Shown piece after piece: positions 7,101 through 16,138 of a stretch of 19,487 nt of DNA. Below the pieces are notes generated by a model. The model saw nothing but the letters and a program-made list of their open reading frames with translations. It searched no databases and had not been told where the DNA came from. Numbering within the stretch: position 1 is the stretch's first letter; the number at the start of each line of letters is the position of its first letter. Position numbers and translations under genes: made by a program. Source of the DNA: Thermoproteota archaeon (GTDB lineage Archaea > Korarchaeota > Korarchaeia > Korarchaeales > Korarchaeaceae); contig JAOZFI010000056.1 of the NCBI GenBank assembly GCA_027491395.1, positions 1 through 19,487 on the forward strand, in the 5' to 3' direction.

Positions 7101-8357
7101 ATGAAGGTAGGAGATGTACTGAAGGGAGATGTACCCGTCGGGAGCGTGGTTGAGCTAGAGGGAACTATAACTGAGATACTTCCATCCTTCTCACTAGGGG
7201 ACATAGTTTACGAGAGGTTCTCGTTGGAAGACGGTACGGGGCAGCTCACTGTGATCTTACCCTCCTCACCTAAGTACTTCCTCCCCGACGACAGGGTGAA
7301 GGTGAGGGGAAGAGTCAGACCCTGCCCTTACGCCCCGTCAGTGACCTGTTTGGAGACATCGGGGGACGACATCGACATCTTGGAGTGGAAGTGGATAGAA
7401 CCCAGATTCAGGGAAGAAGCTGCAAAGAGAGGAGCATTCGATGTAAATGCCCTCCTCCAAGTCACCAAGTTCGACCGGGAGCTCATCAGAGGGGTAATCG
7501 AGACCGGTCTGGATCCTCTCAAGATGAGGGAGAAGTTCGAGGAGAACCTATCCTCCAGAAGGGATGTGAGGTACTTGGTGGATACTATAGCGGCAATGGC
7601 CATGTACGCCATATTCCTCAGGGATCTACCGGCTGCGAAGAGCGTGAAGACCACCCTGTACTTGCTGAGAGACCTGAACCTCCCTGAGAGCGAGCACAGG
7701 GTTCTGGAGCTCCTAGGTGAGATGATCGATGCTTTAGTGAGCAGGGAAGGTCTGGCTCCCTACATATCACCGCCAGAAGCCGTTCAAGGAGTAGTGGAGA
7801 GGTACCCCGTGGCGGAGGAGGAAGAGATAGAGGGTCTCCCGAGGCTCGGCTTTCTGGCTAGGAGGATAATAGAGGATCTCAGGGAGGGGAAGAAGGAGTT
7901 CCTGATAGTGGAGATATCCGATGGCTCCCAAGTGATGGAGGCGAGAAAGATGGTGGAGGTAGCTGCGGGAGTCGCAAAAGCGAAGCTCTACTACATGCCA
8001 ATCTCATCGCTCAGCTCGGTCGAGGGGATGAGCCAGGTGATATCGGACCTCAAGAGCATAGTGGAGGGAATAAAGCCGGATGAAAAGGTGATTTTCTACA
8101 TGGAGGGGCTTGAGCTCCTCGTTCCCAGCGAGAGGATGATGGAGATGATGAAACTCACTCCTCAAGGGGTATCAGCGGCCAAGGCGTTCAAGGCCGATCT
8201 CACGAAGACGCTGGAGTCCCTCTTGGAGAAGGTCGTCGTGGTGTCCGTGACCAGCTCAAAGGTCCTTATAGACGACGAATTGGCCTCCAAGGCAACTCAG
8301 ATAGTCTCGGGCGAGACGGGGATGGGAATAAGCGGAGGAGGGTACCCTCCCTACTGA
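7101..8357 (+). CDS. Uncharacterised protein: N-terminal OB fold plus C-terminal degenerate AAA-like domain
   Basis: VELEGTI...FSLEDGTGQLTV...DRVKVRGRV fits an OB fold. KLYYMPISSLSS...KVIFYMEGLELLVP resembles the AAA Walker B region, but there is no GxxxxGK[ST]. Confidence 0.75.
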   Translation: MKVGDVLKGDVPVGSVVELEGTITEILPSFSLGDIVYERFSLEDGTGQLTVILPSSPKYFLPDDRVKVRGRVRPCPYAPSVTCLETSGDDIDILEWKWIEPRFREEAAKRGAFDVNALLQVTKFDRELIRGVIETGLDPLKMREKFEENLSSRRDVRYLVDTIAAMAMYAIFLRDLPAAKSVKTTLYLLRDLNLPESEHRVLELLGEMIDALVSREGLAPYISPPEAVQGVVERYPVAEEEEIEGLPRLGFLARRIIEDLREGKKEFLIVEISDGSQVMEARKMVEVAAGVAKAKLYYMPISSLSSVEGMSQVISDLKSIVEGIKPDEKVIFYMEGLELLVPSERMMEMMKLTPQGVSAAKAFKADLTKTLESLLEKVVVVSVTSSKVLIDDELASKATQIVSGETGMGISGGGYPPY

Positions 8358-8759
8358 TCACTCCCTCAATATAGTCATCACGGGCCTCCTAGTTGCCTTA
8401 GCAACTCTCTCCGAGATACTCCTCCCCACGACCTTTCCCAATCCCTTTCTCCTTCTCTTGAACATGATTATCAGGTCGTACTTCCCCTCCTCAGCCTCCT
8501 CGACTATAGCGTCGGCCACATCCCTCGCCTCGGCCACGACTACCCTAGTGGGAATACCCATAGTCCTCAGCTCTTGAGCTAGATCCCTCAACCACTCGGG
8601 AGTGTTCACTTCAACGTCGAGGGGCGTGGTTATGGGGACCTTCACCACATGAAAGATTGTCAATTCGCTCCCCCCTTCGAGTTGGGAGAGTGCCGCCACT
8701 ATTTCCCTTGCATCCACCCTATCTTTGAGGGGGAGCAGCACCTTTCTCAGTTTAACCAC
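8358..8759 (-). CDS. Universal stress protein (UspA family)
   Basis: KVLLPL...LTIFHVV...DVADAIVEEAEEGKYDLIIM...GRSISERVAKATRRPVMTI. Confidence 0.9.
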   Translation of the reverse strand: MVKLRKVLLPLKDRVDAREIVAALSQLEGGSELTIFHVVKVPITTPLDVEVNTPEWLRDLAQELRTMGIPTRVVVAEARDVADAIVEEAEEGKYDLIIMFKRRRKGLGKVVGRSISERVAKATRRPVMTILRE

Positions 8760-8818
8760 CTCTCCTTATCCCCAGCAACCGTTTTAAGCTCTTTCTACAT
8801 CCTGAGCTCTAGGTGGAA

Positions 8819-9160
8819 ATGAGGGTTCGGGAGGATCCAACTACTTCCTTCGTGAGAGGGAGCTATCGTCTCCTCATCTTAGCGTTGCTAGAAAGCTCTG
8901 TAATGCACGGTTATCAGATTTTAAAGAACTTAGAGGGGCTGACGGGACAGAGGCCCAAGATAAGCACCCTTTACTCGATACTGAAGGACATGGAGAGGAG
9001 CGGCCTTCTTCGCTCGAGAGTGGAGGATGCTAGAAGGATATACCAGCTTACGGAGAGGGGAAAGCAGGTCTTGAATGAGTTCAGGTCCAAGCTGGGCGAG
9101 GGGGCGCTGAGGATACTGGAGTTCATAATGAGACCTAGGACCTTCTCTTCCAATCGTTAG
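8819..9160 (+). CDS. PadR family transcriptional regulator
   Basis: LLILALL...MHGYQI...STLYSILKDMERSGLL...RRIYQLTERGK. Start is ATG 8819 (after GGTGG) or GTG 8813. Confidence 0.9.
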   Translation: MRVREDPTTSFVRGSYRLLILALLESSVMHGYQILKNLEGLTGQRPKISTLYSILKDMERSGLLRSRVEDARRIYQLTERGKQVLNEFRSKLGEGALRILEFIMRPRTFSSNR

Positions 9161-9208
9161 GAGCATCACTTCTAATAACTTATATGTTCATCAGAACAAC
9201 AACTTCTA

Positions 9209-10417
9209 ATGAGTATGCTTGAGTGGCAGAACCCTTGGTGGGAGGGGAAGAAGAGCAGGGTAGTCCTTAAATGGGAGAAAAGAAAGTACAAGTGGGTTCC
9301 CTCGTGGTTAAACGAGATATCTCTTGAGCCGTTCTCTCTCAACTTCGTGGTGGGCCCCAGGCAGGTGGGAAAAACCACTGGCCTTCACCTTCTCATAAAC
9401 AGACTTATTAAGGGCGGGGTGGAGCCACAAAGGATATTCTTCCTCGATCTGGACCTCATATGGGATCTGGACTCCTTCAAGAGGGCTCTGGACGATTACC
9501 TGAGGATAAGAGCTTATGAGGGCCACGACTCGTCCTACATAATCTTGGACGAGGTGAGTAGTTTGGAAGGGTGGTGGAGGCTCGTCAAGGGCTACATTGA
9601 TCTGGGGATCTTTGACAACGATGTACTGATTCTCACGGGATCCTTATCCCTGAGGGTGAGGGGAAACGTGGAGCTCTTTCCCGGCAGGATGGGTAAGGGA
9701 GTCGAGGTGGAGGCTCTGCCCCTTTCCTTTCGGGAGTTCCTCCAAGTGAAGGGGATCGAGGTTAAGAGAACCGGGAATCTAGAGAAGGACATGGTCTCAC
9801 TTCTTCCAGTTAGGGAGAGGGTTAGAGGGCTGTTTCGAGACTATATGAGACTCGGGGGATATCCCCTCTCCGTAAATGAAGATCCAGCGGCCGAGGAATC
9901 CTTCATAAGATCTGTTATCGGCGAGCTTCTGAGACTGGGGAGGAACCCCTCACTGGCCTCGGCCGTAGTGGGATCCCTGTTCAAGAAGGCCCCTTCTCCC
10001 CTGTCTTACAGCTCCATAGGCTCAGATGTGGGGGTATCATACAAGACCGTCAGGGACTACTTGGAGGTGCTCAAGGGATTGATGGTGGTTGGGGAAGCTC
10101 CATTCATGGAGTCGGGCTCGGTAAAATGGAGAAAGGAGAGGAAATATTTCACAAGAGATCCCTTCCTCGTAAGGTCCTTGGCCGGCAGGGTGGGAGTGGA
10201 TCCCTTACCCAGCGCCGTGTACGAGTGGGTCGTGCAAGAGCACCTCCTCAGGAGGTTCGGAAGGGTCTATTACTGGAGAGACGGGTACGAAGTTGACGCC
10301 TTTGCAGGAGGGCTCAGGGTCGAGGTCAAGGCCGGGAAGCCCCACAGAAGATATCCTAGGGATGTCCTGATCTTAGATGAGTATAACATAGCCGACTTCC
10401 TAGCGGTGATCATCTGA
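9209..10417 (+). CDS. Archaeal ATPase, AAA_14/DUF4143 type
   Basis: QNPWW, Walker A GPRQVGKTT, Walker B IILDEV, LTGS, GGYP, wHTH region, and C-terminal YYWR..EVD....EVK. Confidence 0.9.
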   Translation: MSMLEWQNPWWEGKKSRVVLKWEKRKYKWVPSWLNEISLEPFSLNFVVGPRQVGKTTGLHLLINRLIKGGVEPQRIFFLDLDLIWDLDSFKRALDDYLRIRAYEGHDSSYIILDEVSSLEGWWRLVKGYIDLGIFDNDVLILTGSLSLRVRGNVELFPGRMGKGVEVEALPLSFREFLQVKGIEVKRTGNLEKDMVSLLPVRERVRGLFRDYMRLGGYPLSVNEDPAAEESFIRSVIGELLRLGRNPSLASAVVGSLFKKAPSPLSYSSIGSDVGVSYKTVRDYLEVLKGLMVVGEAPFMESGSVKWRKERKYFTRDPFLVRSLAGRVGVDPLPSAVYEWVVQEHLLRRFGRVYYWRDGYEVDAFAGGLRVEVKAGKPHRRYPRDVLILDEYNIADFLAVII

Positions 10418-10419
10418 TC

Positions 10420-11130
10420 CTAAGTTCTTCTGGCCTTGATGGCCACAAAAGTCCCCAAGAGAGCCCTCTTCACCTTGATAACCTCGAACTCCTCCCCTAT
10501 TATGCTGGTAAATTCGGAAGCCGTCAACATGCTCCTAAAGGTCGGGTAGAGGGCCTTCCATGGCGTATCTAAGCTCCCGTATATGGGTATGGAAATGAGA
10601 GGGACCAAGGTCCTGAGGTAGAGGTCCACCAGCCAAGCGAAGGCCCTGTTGTCCGGTCTGACTAAGTCCAAGACTAGGAGCTGGCCTCCTGGCTTGAGCA
10701 CCCTTTTGAACTCACTTAAAGCTCCGTAAAGGTCCCTTGCATCCCTCAAAGCGTAAGCTGTTACGATGACATCCACGGAGCTGTTGGGTAGAGGAATTGA
10801 TTCGAAGGTGGCCTCCAAGAAGTTGAGCTCAACGTCACCAGCTATGCCCCTTAGATTATCGAAGGCCGCCTTCAGCATCGACGGTAGCGGATCCAGGCAG
10901 TAAAGCTTACCCCTCCCCATCTTCCTCAGTATGTGGACTGACATGTTCCCGGGACCGCAGCCAGCGTCTAGTACTATCATGCCATCATCTAGTGTGGCCA
11001 TGCCGGCGAGGATCCTCCTCATCCTCTCGCTGTAACCTAGAGTGATCACCCTGTTCACGGTCTCGTACTTCCTGACCGTCCTGTCCAGAGCGTTGACTAC
11101 CTCCCTCCAGGTGCCGTCCTCCAATCCCAC
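10420..11130 (-). CDS. UbiE/MenG-like class I SAM methyltransferase
   Basis: YETVNRVITLG, VLDAGCGPG, IPLPNSSVD, AYALR and EFKRVLKPGG. Confidence 0.85.
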   Translation of the reverse strand: MGLEDGTWREVVNALDRTVRKYETVNRVITLGYSERMRRILAGMATLDDGMIVLDAGCGPGNMSVHILRKMGRGKLYCLDPLPSMLKAAFDNLRGIAGDVELNFLEATFESIPLPNSSVDVIVTAYALRDARDLYGALSEFKRVLKPGGQLLVLDLVRPDNRAFAWLVDLYLRTLVPLISIPIYGSLDTPWKALYPTFRSMLTASEFTSIIGEEFEVIKVKRALLGTFVAIKARRT

Positions 11131-11212
11131 GCGCCGAGCTGCCCCGAAGAGGTTAAAAGGTTATCATCCACTGGGACCTCAAGTTTTTTCTCCTCTCCGC
11201 TCGCGATCCCAT

Positions 11213-12178
11213 ATGGAGCTGCTGTACCTCTCCTACCAAGATATATCCTCCTTGGGCATCCCCCTATCCCATATAATAAAGGTCGTGGAGGATGCGTTCC
11301 GTCAGAAGGGAGAGGGTCTGGTCGAGATGCCTCCCAAGCCTGGGATCCATCCTCGACCGGACTCGTTTATTCATGCGATGCCGGCTTACCTCAAGGGTAG
11401 CGATGCTGCTGGCCTGAAGTGGGTATCGGGCTATCCAGAGAACCCGAAGAGGGGTCTCCCATACATAACCGGTCTGTTCATCCTCAATGACCCTGACACC
11501 GGGGTGCCGATAGCCATGATGGATGCCATGTGGATAACCGCCTATAGAACGGCTGCAGCCACGGCCGTTGCAGCCAAGTACCTAGCTAGGGAGGATAGCG
11601 AGGTCCTTGCGGTGCTGGGATGCGGGACCCAAGGTAAGACCAACACGCTGATGCTCCGGGAGGTGCTCCCTATAAATACCGTTTGGGCATACGACATCGA
11701 TCCGAAGGCCCTCGACAGGTACGAGGAGTTCATTAGGGAGAGAATCGATGTGGAGATCATCCGGGCCTCCTCACCCAAGGAAGCGGTGGAGCACGCAGAC
11801 ATTATAGTTACAGCCGGCCCGATCCTCAAGAACCCGAACCCAGTCATAGAGGCGGACTGGGTGAGAGAGGGCGCCACCGCCGTACCGCTGGACTTCGATT
11901 CCTACTGGAAGTCATCGGCTATAGCCTCGATGGACAAGTTCTACACGGATGATGTGGATCAGCTTAAGTACTACATAGAGGAGGGGTGGATCCGTCCGAT
12001 AGAGAGAATAGACGGAGATTTGGGTGAGGTCGTCGCCGGAAAGAAGCCCGGAAGGGAAGAGGCTCACGAGAGGATAATGTCAATGAATCTGGGGCTAGCG
12101 ATAGAGGATGTCGCGACGGGAAAGCTCATCTACGATCTGGCTATAGAGAAGGGAGTAGGGAGGAAGCTTCCCCTTTGA
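11213..12178 (+). CDS. Ornithine cyclodeaminase / mu-crystallin / archaeal alanine dehydrogenase family protein
   Basis: MPPK, HAMPAY, GLKWVSGYPEN, TAYRTAAATAVAAKYLA, LGCGTQG and GLAIEDVA. Start reassigned to ATG 11213 (MELLYLS) to remove the overlap with the methyltransferase. Confidence 0.92.
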   Translation: MELLYLSYQDISSLGIPLSHIIKVVEDAFRQKGEGLVEMPPKPGIHPRPDSFIHAMPAYLKGSDAAGLKWVSGYPENPKRGLPYITGLFILNDPDTGVPIAMMDAMWITAYRTAAATAVAAKYLAREDSEVLAVLGCGTQGKTNTLMLREVLPINTVWAYDIDPKALDRYEEFIRERIDVEIIRASSPKEAVEHADIIVTAGPILKNPNPVIEADWVREGATAVPLDFDSYWKSSAIASMDKFYTDDVDQLKYYIEEGWIRPIERIDGDLGEVVAGKKPGREEAHERIMSMNLGLAIEDVATGKLIYDLAIEKGVGRKLPL

Positions 12179-12774
12179 GGCTCAGGTTAGGGATCCCCGT
12201 CGCTAGAGTGATCTTGGGGGCGGAGGCCTCCACATATAGGGAGGTGGGCCTGTGCCTCGACCTCTTCTTCTCCAAGTGGGCCTCCTCCCTCGACGAGTTC
12301 GTACCCCTCTTAATACCCAAGCAAAGGTGTAATGAGGCTGAAGGTAGACCGCACCTCGAGCTCGAACCCCTAGTAACTCCTAAGGAGTTCGTTGAGAGGT
12401 TCTCGATCGCATATAGGAGGTACGCCGAGCGGGTGTATGATCTCAGGGAGAAGCTGCTTCAGGTGAGGAGATCCTATCGCTTCAACCTCCTGATTCCTCC
12501 CTCATCGTCGCAGCTTCGGGCTGAAGACATGCTAGTGAAGGAGATAGGGTTGATCGAGGGTTCCGTGAGGGGAGTCAATCTAGTACTGGGGCTCGACGAG
12601 TGGGATAAGGTCGAGGAGGTGAGTTTGATAGCGTGGCAAGGTAGTTCGATGCTGTTTGACGTGCTCTCTCCAAGGGGTTACTTCAGGTTCGGGAATAGGT
12701 CTAACCTCCTGACTACGCTGATAAGATCAAATCCCCAGCTACGGGATTTCCTCTCGTCCTTGACCAATGATTAG
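12175..12774 (+). CDS. Hypothetical protein, probably co-transcribed with the cyclodeaminase-family gene
   Basis: 199 aa; TTG start overlaps the upstream TGA; host-like codon usage; no recognisable motif. Confidence 0.7.
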   Translation: MRLRLGIPVARVILGAEASTYREVGLCLDLFFSKWASSLDEFVPLLIPKQRCNEAEGRPHLELEPLVTPKEFVERFSIAYRRYAERVYDLREKLLQVRRSYRFNLLIPPSSSQLRAEDMLVKEIGLIEGSVRGVNLVLGLDEWDKVEEVSLIAWQGSSMLFDVLSPRGYFRFGNRSNLLTTLIRSNPQLRDFLSSLTND

Positions 12775-13002
12775 CACTTCTTAGCACTCCCCTAATTGAA
12801 GGGAGTGGTTCAAACCTGGAGCTATTGGCCTCATGTCGGGCCGGTTTCCACAACCACTCGCTTAATTTGATCAAGGATAGCCTCGCGATACTAGGCCCAC
12901 GCTCCTCGGTTAATTGGTTAGGGTGAGATGAAAACCGGCATCGAGCGATCCAAAACCAAAAATATGACCCATGAGGTTCCAGTAAGATCAATCGGGGAGA
13001 TC

Positions 13003-13692
13003 TCACTCCTCAGTGAGCCTCCTGTAGAGTCTTCTACCGGTATCGTTTCGCACGTATCCGTTTTCCAGAGCTGGTATCACGAGATCGGGCCGGTCCGTGG
13101 TGATGGCGTCCACGCCCATCCTAGCCAAGGCGAGGGCCTGCTCCGCATCGTTCACTGTCCACACGTACGTGAGGCCACCCACCTCCCTCATCTCGCTCAG
13201 AAGAGCCTCGTCCACATAGGAGAGCTCGACTGACAGCCCGTCAGCCATCGCATCAGCCATGACTTGGGCGGGCCTGGCCGGCCTGCCCTGTATAGACGCT
13301 AGCATCAAGTAGTTGCCTTTTAGCTCCGGTCTGAGCTTCCTGAGGATGTTGTGGTACTTGGAGCTGATCGCGACTCTCCCGTCCCCCGGCAGGGAGCTGA
13401 AGATCTTGGGATTCACCTCGGGGGTCTTGAGGTCTACGACTAGGGCGACATCTCTCTCCACGATCTCCCTCACGATCCTGTCTAGCGATTCGCCCTTGGG
13501 TTCTGGGAAGAAGATTCTCCTCAGCAGAGCCTCCCTTAAAGTAGCTGGCTTTATGCTAGTTATGTGTCTGACCTCGCTCCCCGTTATGTCAACCTCCACC
13601 GCGTCGACTCCCAGCTGGAGGTAGAGCCTGAGCTTAGTGAGGGTGTTCGCCCTATGCCCGACTATGAGCGGACTCATCCGGGGAGCTTGCAT
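13003..13692 (-). CDS. Glycerophosphodiester phosphodiesterase family protein
   Basis: IVGHRAN, AVEVDI, VDLK, YVWTVND and GVDAITTDRPD. The start may be slightly downstream (MSPL). Confidence 0.88.
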   Translation of the reverse strand: MQAPRMSPLIVGHRANTLTKLRLYLQLGVDAVEVDITGSEVRHITSIKPATLREALLRRIFFPEPKGESLDRIVREIVERDVALVVDLKTPEVNPKIFSSLPGDGRVAISSKYHNILRKLRPELKGNYLMLASIQGRPARPAQVMADAMADGLSVELSYVDEALLSEMREVGGLTYVWTVNDAEQALALARMGVDAITTDRPDLVIPALENGYVRNDTGRRLYRRLTEE

Positions 13693-13760
13693 CCTAACAA
13701 TTTAAACGTGCCTGAGCCAGCCAGAACCGAGCTGGGACATCGTATAATGGGGAGATCCAT

Positions 13761-15533
13761 CTAGCCTTCACGCAATATCTCCCTAGCGAGCCCCACTAGA
13801 TTGACCATGACCAGTAAGAGGCCCCCGTCATCTCCCAAAGCGACAGCTGCCCACAGTGGGATGTAACCGATCACTCCAAGCAAAGCTGCTACAGCTTTGA
13901 AGATACCCACCAAGGCCATATTCGACCAGAAGGTAGATACTACGGACCTAGAAGCCCTGAACAGCCATGGCAGTGACGGGATGCCTGACACAAGGGCCAC
14001 ATCGCCCGCCTCGATCGAGGCCTCCAAACTGCCGACGGCCACACCCAAGTCGGCCGCAGCGAGAGCTGGGGCATCGTTTATTCCGTCACCGACCATCGCG
14101 ACGTATCCGAACTCCTTCAGCCTCCTAACGATCTCTACCTTCCCTTCTGGGGAGAGATCCGCATAGAGCTCATGGATCCCCAAGCCCTCGGCCACCGGTC
14201 TGGCGCTCTCCTCCCTGTCACCGGTGAGCATGGCAACGCGGAGACCCATCTCCTTCAGTTGTTCGACCACCTCCCTAGCCATGGGATTCACCTCATCCCC
14301 GAGCGACACGTAGCCGTACTTCCCCCTCACCGAGGCATGAACGACGACACTCCCACTCATAGCCTCCTCAACCCCGACGAAGGATGCCCTCCCGGCGACC
14401 ACCTTCGCTCCCTCTACTAACCCCCTTATCCCCTCGCCCGGTACCTCCTCCACTTCCTCGGGTATCGAGAGCTTCAGGCCCATCCTCTTGGCTTCCTCCA
14501 CAAGAGCTCTGGCCACGGGATGCTGCGAGGCCAGCTCTAGGGAGGCTAACAGTCTGAAATCCTCCACATCCATGTGTAACTCCCTCACTACCAGCCTCCC
14601 CAGTGTGAGAGTACCGGTCTTGTCTATGGCTACAATCCTTACCTTGGCGGCCATCTCGACAGGAGCGGATCCCTTGAACAGAACTCCCCTCCTCGCAGCC
14701 ACAGCCAGCGATGTGAGGGTCGTGGCCGGAGCGGCGACGAGGAAGGCGCTTGGACAGGCGACGGCGACCAAGACTATGGCTGCCCTCACCCCTAGGAAGG
14801 CCCATGCCAGCGCGGAGAGGGCGAGCATCGATGGGAGGTAGTACTTGCTGAACCTCTGGACCAGCCTTTCTCCGGAGGACTTCCTCTCCCTGAACTCTTC
14901 CACCATGGCGAGTATGCGCGAGATGAATGCCTCCCTCCCAACCTTAAGGGCTCTGATGACCAGGCTTCCCTCGACTAGAAGGGAGCCGGAGTGGACGTAG
15001 CTGCCTACCTCCACCCTCACGGGGAGTGGCTCGCCAGTCACCACCGACTGGTCTAGGTGACCCCTGCCCCTGACCACCAGACCATCCACGGGGATCCTCT
15101 CTCCCCTAGCCACTACCACTAGGTCACCTCTCCTTATGGAATCGAACTCCACCTCTAGGAGGGAACCGTCCCTCTCCACCTTGGCCTTCCTCGGGAGGTA
15201 CTCCATCAACTCCTTCAACCCGGACTCGGCTCTCTTCATTGCCACATGCTCCAGTATCTCGGCCAGTCCGAACATCCCGAGGAGGAGGATACCCTCAAGG
15301 TGGAGGTCTAGCCAGTAGGTGAGGGCACCAACCCCGACCATCAACAGGTTAACCGCATGCTCTATCTCCGCCTTTCTCTCGTGGAGCACCTCCCACACCG
15401 TGTAGGAGGAGATCATGACTACCAGTAAGAGGAGTAGAAGCGAATCCAAGCCCTCTATACCGGTTATGTGCAAGATCACGGATGTCAGCGACGCGATCAG
15501 CACCGAAGCCCAGAAGAGATCCTCCAGCTCCAA
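13761..15533 (-). CDS. Heavy-metal-translocating P1B-type ATPase without an N-terminal metal-binding domain
   Basis: TGEP, ACPSA, DKTGTLT phosphorylation site, SQHP, MLTGD and GDGINDAPALA. Confidence 0.94.
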   Translation of the reverse strand: MELEDLFWASVLIASLTSVILHITGIEGLDSLLLLLLVVMISSYTVWEVLHERKAEIEHAVNLLMVGVGALTYWLDLHLEGILLLGMFGLAEILEHVAMKRAESGLKELMEYLPRKAKVERDGSLLEVEFDSIRRGDLVVVARGERIPVDGLVVRGRGHLDQSVVTGEPLPVRVEVGSYVHSGSLLVEGSLVIRALKVGREAFISRILAMVEEFRERKSSGERLVQRFSKYYLPSMLALSALAWAFLGVRAAIVLVAVACPSAFLVAAPATTLTSLAVAARRGVLFKGSAPVEMAAKVRIVAIDKTGTLTLGRLVVRELHMDVEDFRLLASLELASQHPVARALVEEAKRMGLKLSIPEEVEEVPGEGIRGLVEGAKVVAGRASFVGVEEAMSGSVVVHASVRGKYGYVSLGDEVNPMAREVVEQLKEMGLRVAMLTGDREESARPVAEGLGIHELYADLSPEGKVEIVRRLKEFGYVAMVGDGINDAPALAAADLGVAVGSLEASIEAGDVALVSGIPSLPWLFRASRSVVSTFWSNMALVGIFKAVAALLGVIGYIPLWAAVALGDDGGLLLVMVNLVGLAREILREG

Positions 15534-15586
15534 GCTTCTCCCCTTGAGCTAGAGGGTCCCTTAAATAATATGCTCCCCCCACCTCA

Positions 15587-16084
15587 ATGATGGAGATGGA
15601 TTGGAAGGACCTCCTGATAGATCTGTACATGAGGAGAGCGGAAAAGAACGTCTTAGAGGTAGGTACAGGTTTCGGATCTAACCTATCTCTCCTCTTGGAG
15701 GTCTTCCCAGATTCTACGATAGTGACAGTTGATCCCGAACTCTCCGCATCGAACAGGATTCCTCAAGGGGTTCATTTCGTCCAATCCAGGGCCGAAAGCC
15801 TGCCCTTCCGGGACGAATCCTTCGATCTGCTCTCGACCGTTGCCACGATTCACCACCTCACCGACGTTCAGGCAGCGCTTGGCGAGTTCAGGAGGGTACT
15901 CAGATGCACCGGCAGGCTGGTCATAATGGACTGGACCCCCGATTCTAGGTACAATCCACATGGGAGGGAGAAGGTGGTGAGGAGCATGGAAGAGGTAATG
16001 TCCTCCGTAGATCACTATGTACAGGTCATCCACATGGAGGAGGAAGAGGATTACTATGTGATATGCGGGGCCAAGCCTTGCTGA
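15587..16084 (+). CDS. Class I SAM-dependent methyltransferase (short, Methyltransf_11-like)
   Basis: VLEVGTGFG, AESLPFRDESFD, TIHHL and EFRRVLR..GRLVIMDW. Divergent from the P1B ATPase. Confidence 0.85.
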   Translation: MMEMDWKDLLIDLYMRRAEKNVLEVGTGFGSNLSLLLEVFPDSTIVTVDPELSASNRIPQGVHFVQSRAESLPFRDESFDLLSTVATIHHLTDVQAALGEFRRVLRCTGRLVIMDWTPDSRYNPHGREKVVRSMEEVMSSVDHYVQVIHMEEEEDYYVICGAKPC

Positions 16085-16103
16085 GCTGGCGATAAACCTA
16101 AAT

Positions 16104-16138
16104 ATGATAATACCAATTATCATAATGAGAATTATCAT
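16104..16138. promoter_or_regulatory. Tandem overlapping palindromic operator-like element
   Basis: ATGATAAT-ACCA-ATTATCAT (16104-16123, perfect arms) and ATCATAAT-GAGA-ATTATCAT (16119-16138), with a 15-nt period, ending at the ATPase start codon. Confidence 0.6.

Noticed and set aside
7101-8357. PAN-like proteasome ATPase (OB plus AAA plus HbYX)
   Set aside because: No N-terminal coiled coil and no Walker A. The C-terminus YPPY lacks the penultimate Tyr of HbYX.
11042-11212. 57-aa N-terminal extension of the cyclodeaminase-family ORF
   Set aside because: It overlaps the divergent methyltransferase and its promoter; family similarity begins at MELLYLS (11213).
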